Assembly (NCBI GenBank): GCA_001244265.2
Contig: CDLV01000006.1
Coordinates: 1,922,001-1,986,000, forward strand
Direction: 5' to 3'
Length of the DNA stretch: 64,000 nt
DNA from: Microbotryum violaceum
Lineage: Eukaryota
The notes under the pieces are model-generated. The model was not told the DNA's origin. It saw only the letters and a program-made list of their open reading frames with translations, and searched no databases. Shown piece by piece: positions 63,043-64,000 of this stretch (the stretch's first letter is position 1; each line of letters starts with the position of its first letter). A program made the translations under genes and the position numbers.

Positions 63043-64000
63043 TTAAGTTGGTACACGACGAACGCTCGAAACGCCATTCCAGACCATGCTGTTCGCGAGA
63101 ACGGATTTTGCGATCATGGTCAGTAAGTTCGGCAGTCCCATCAGCCCACTCATGTCGATAAATAACTGACCGTTCAAGCCAGAACGCTAGCCCCTCACTA
63201 GCATGGCCTCCTGAACTACTCCCGAGTACCATTCCCTCACCCCACAGCGTGTTGTGCGTGACGTCGCTGGCGCCAAACTGGACTTGGAAAGGCGTGAAGT
63301 AGTGGTGGTGGCTGATCGGAGTGAGCAGCGTACCGCTCTACAATTGCACACGAGCAGGCATGAGGCTCAGTGGAACATAAATCCTCGCACTTTACCCGTT
63401 TCTAACTCACAATGAAACCCGTGAGGAAGACGGCAACCGAGTAGAGGCAGAACGTCAGGGACGACTCGAGAATTTGGGCCACGTAAGGCTTGGCGAAGCC
63501 CGGGAACACCTGCGAGTTGTGGAAAAGAATGACAACACAGGTAAGTTGCGAAGCAAGGTCAAATGGGTTCTGAAGCACGTACATTGATGAAGAGCTGAGG
63601 TGCTTGAATGGCAGCTTTGGTACCCATGCGAGACAAGTACCTCCCTGCTCGCCTTGGGCCAAAGTGTTCGCGCGCGAGCAGGGTCACGGCTTGTCGAGGC
63701 GAGGAGGTTGTGACCGTGCCCTTCTTGGTCGATTCGAGCGCACGATCGAAGTCGAGCAGATCGATTCCAAGCTCCTCCGCAAATTTGGCACGCAGTTCTC
63801 CATCCGTGAGTGGTGGAGTGGCGGCACGTGGTGGCGGGGTGACCGAAACCTCCTGGTCGATTAGGGGTGCGGCGACGAGTCGAACTTGAGCGCCCGACAG
63901 GTCGGTCTGAACGTCCATGGCTCGAACTTCTGTAAGATCCGTCTGTGTTTCGATTTCGGCGAGAACGATCGATTGCTGGAGGCGTTGCACAAATGGTCCG
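63043..64000 (-). CDS. 3' part of a tail-anchored, KASH-like protein (5' end lies outside the window)
   Basis: Exons give ETQTD/DVQTD motifs, TM segment SLTFCLYSVAVFLTGFI|SG, then a tail ending FWLER|MVWNGVSSVRRVPT*. Confidence 0.6.

Noticed and set aside
1-64000. Numerous antisense/overlapping ORFs in the track; tRNA, rRNA, CRISPR and TPP riboswitch
   Set aside because: The overlapping ORFs are shadows of GC-rich coding exons, and no consensus for these RNA classes was seen by eye.

Overview
This is a GC-rich, intron-dense fungal window, most likely from a basidiomycete yeast. A Microbotryomycetes-like placement is my inference from gene style only. About 25 protein-coding genes can be spliced together by hand: LEA-like, CCDC43-like, a long coiled-coil protein, dienelactone hydrolase, PAQR/IZH, OHCU decarboxylase, gluconokinase, POL3, an SreA/Urbs1-type GATA iron regulator, IFA38-like ketoacyl reductase, AsaB/CmcJ-like, an HSF-domain protein, RAE1, an L-type lectin, DPH7, YHM2, RPB8, ORC2, KSH1, DOM34, transportin, RIB3 and a KASH-like protein. 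There are four DNA-transposon-type elements: a 234-bp MITE, a 4.7-kb long-TIR element carrying a PHD-finger pseudogene, a TA-targeting MITE nested in it, and a 1.2-kb long-TIR element. The most unusual signals are at the RNA level. (1) Most long introns examined fold back so that their effective length approaches that of the ordinary short introns; one has a 224-nt AG-free zone and another splits the SreA zinc finger. (2) An RNase P-like structured RNA candidate lies antisense inside an intron. (3) A structured intergenic RNA candidate downstream of RAE1 has a telomerase-template-like motif. (4) At least five introns are GC-AG. There is also a circularly permuted, decayed copy of the RPB8/neighbour gene pair. 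All structures were found by eye and need computational confirmation.
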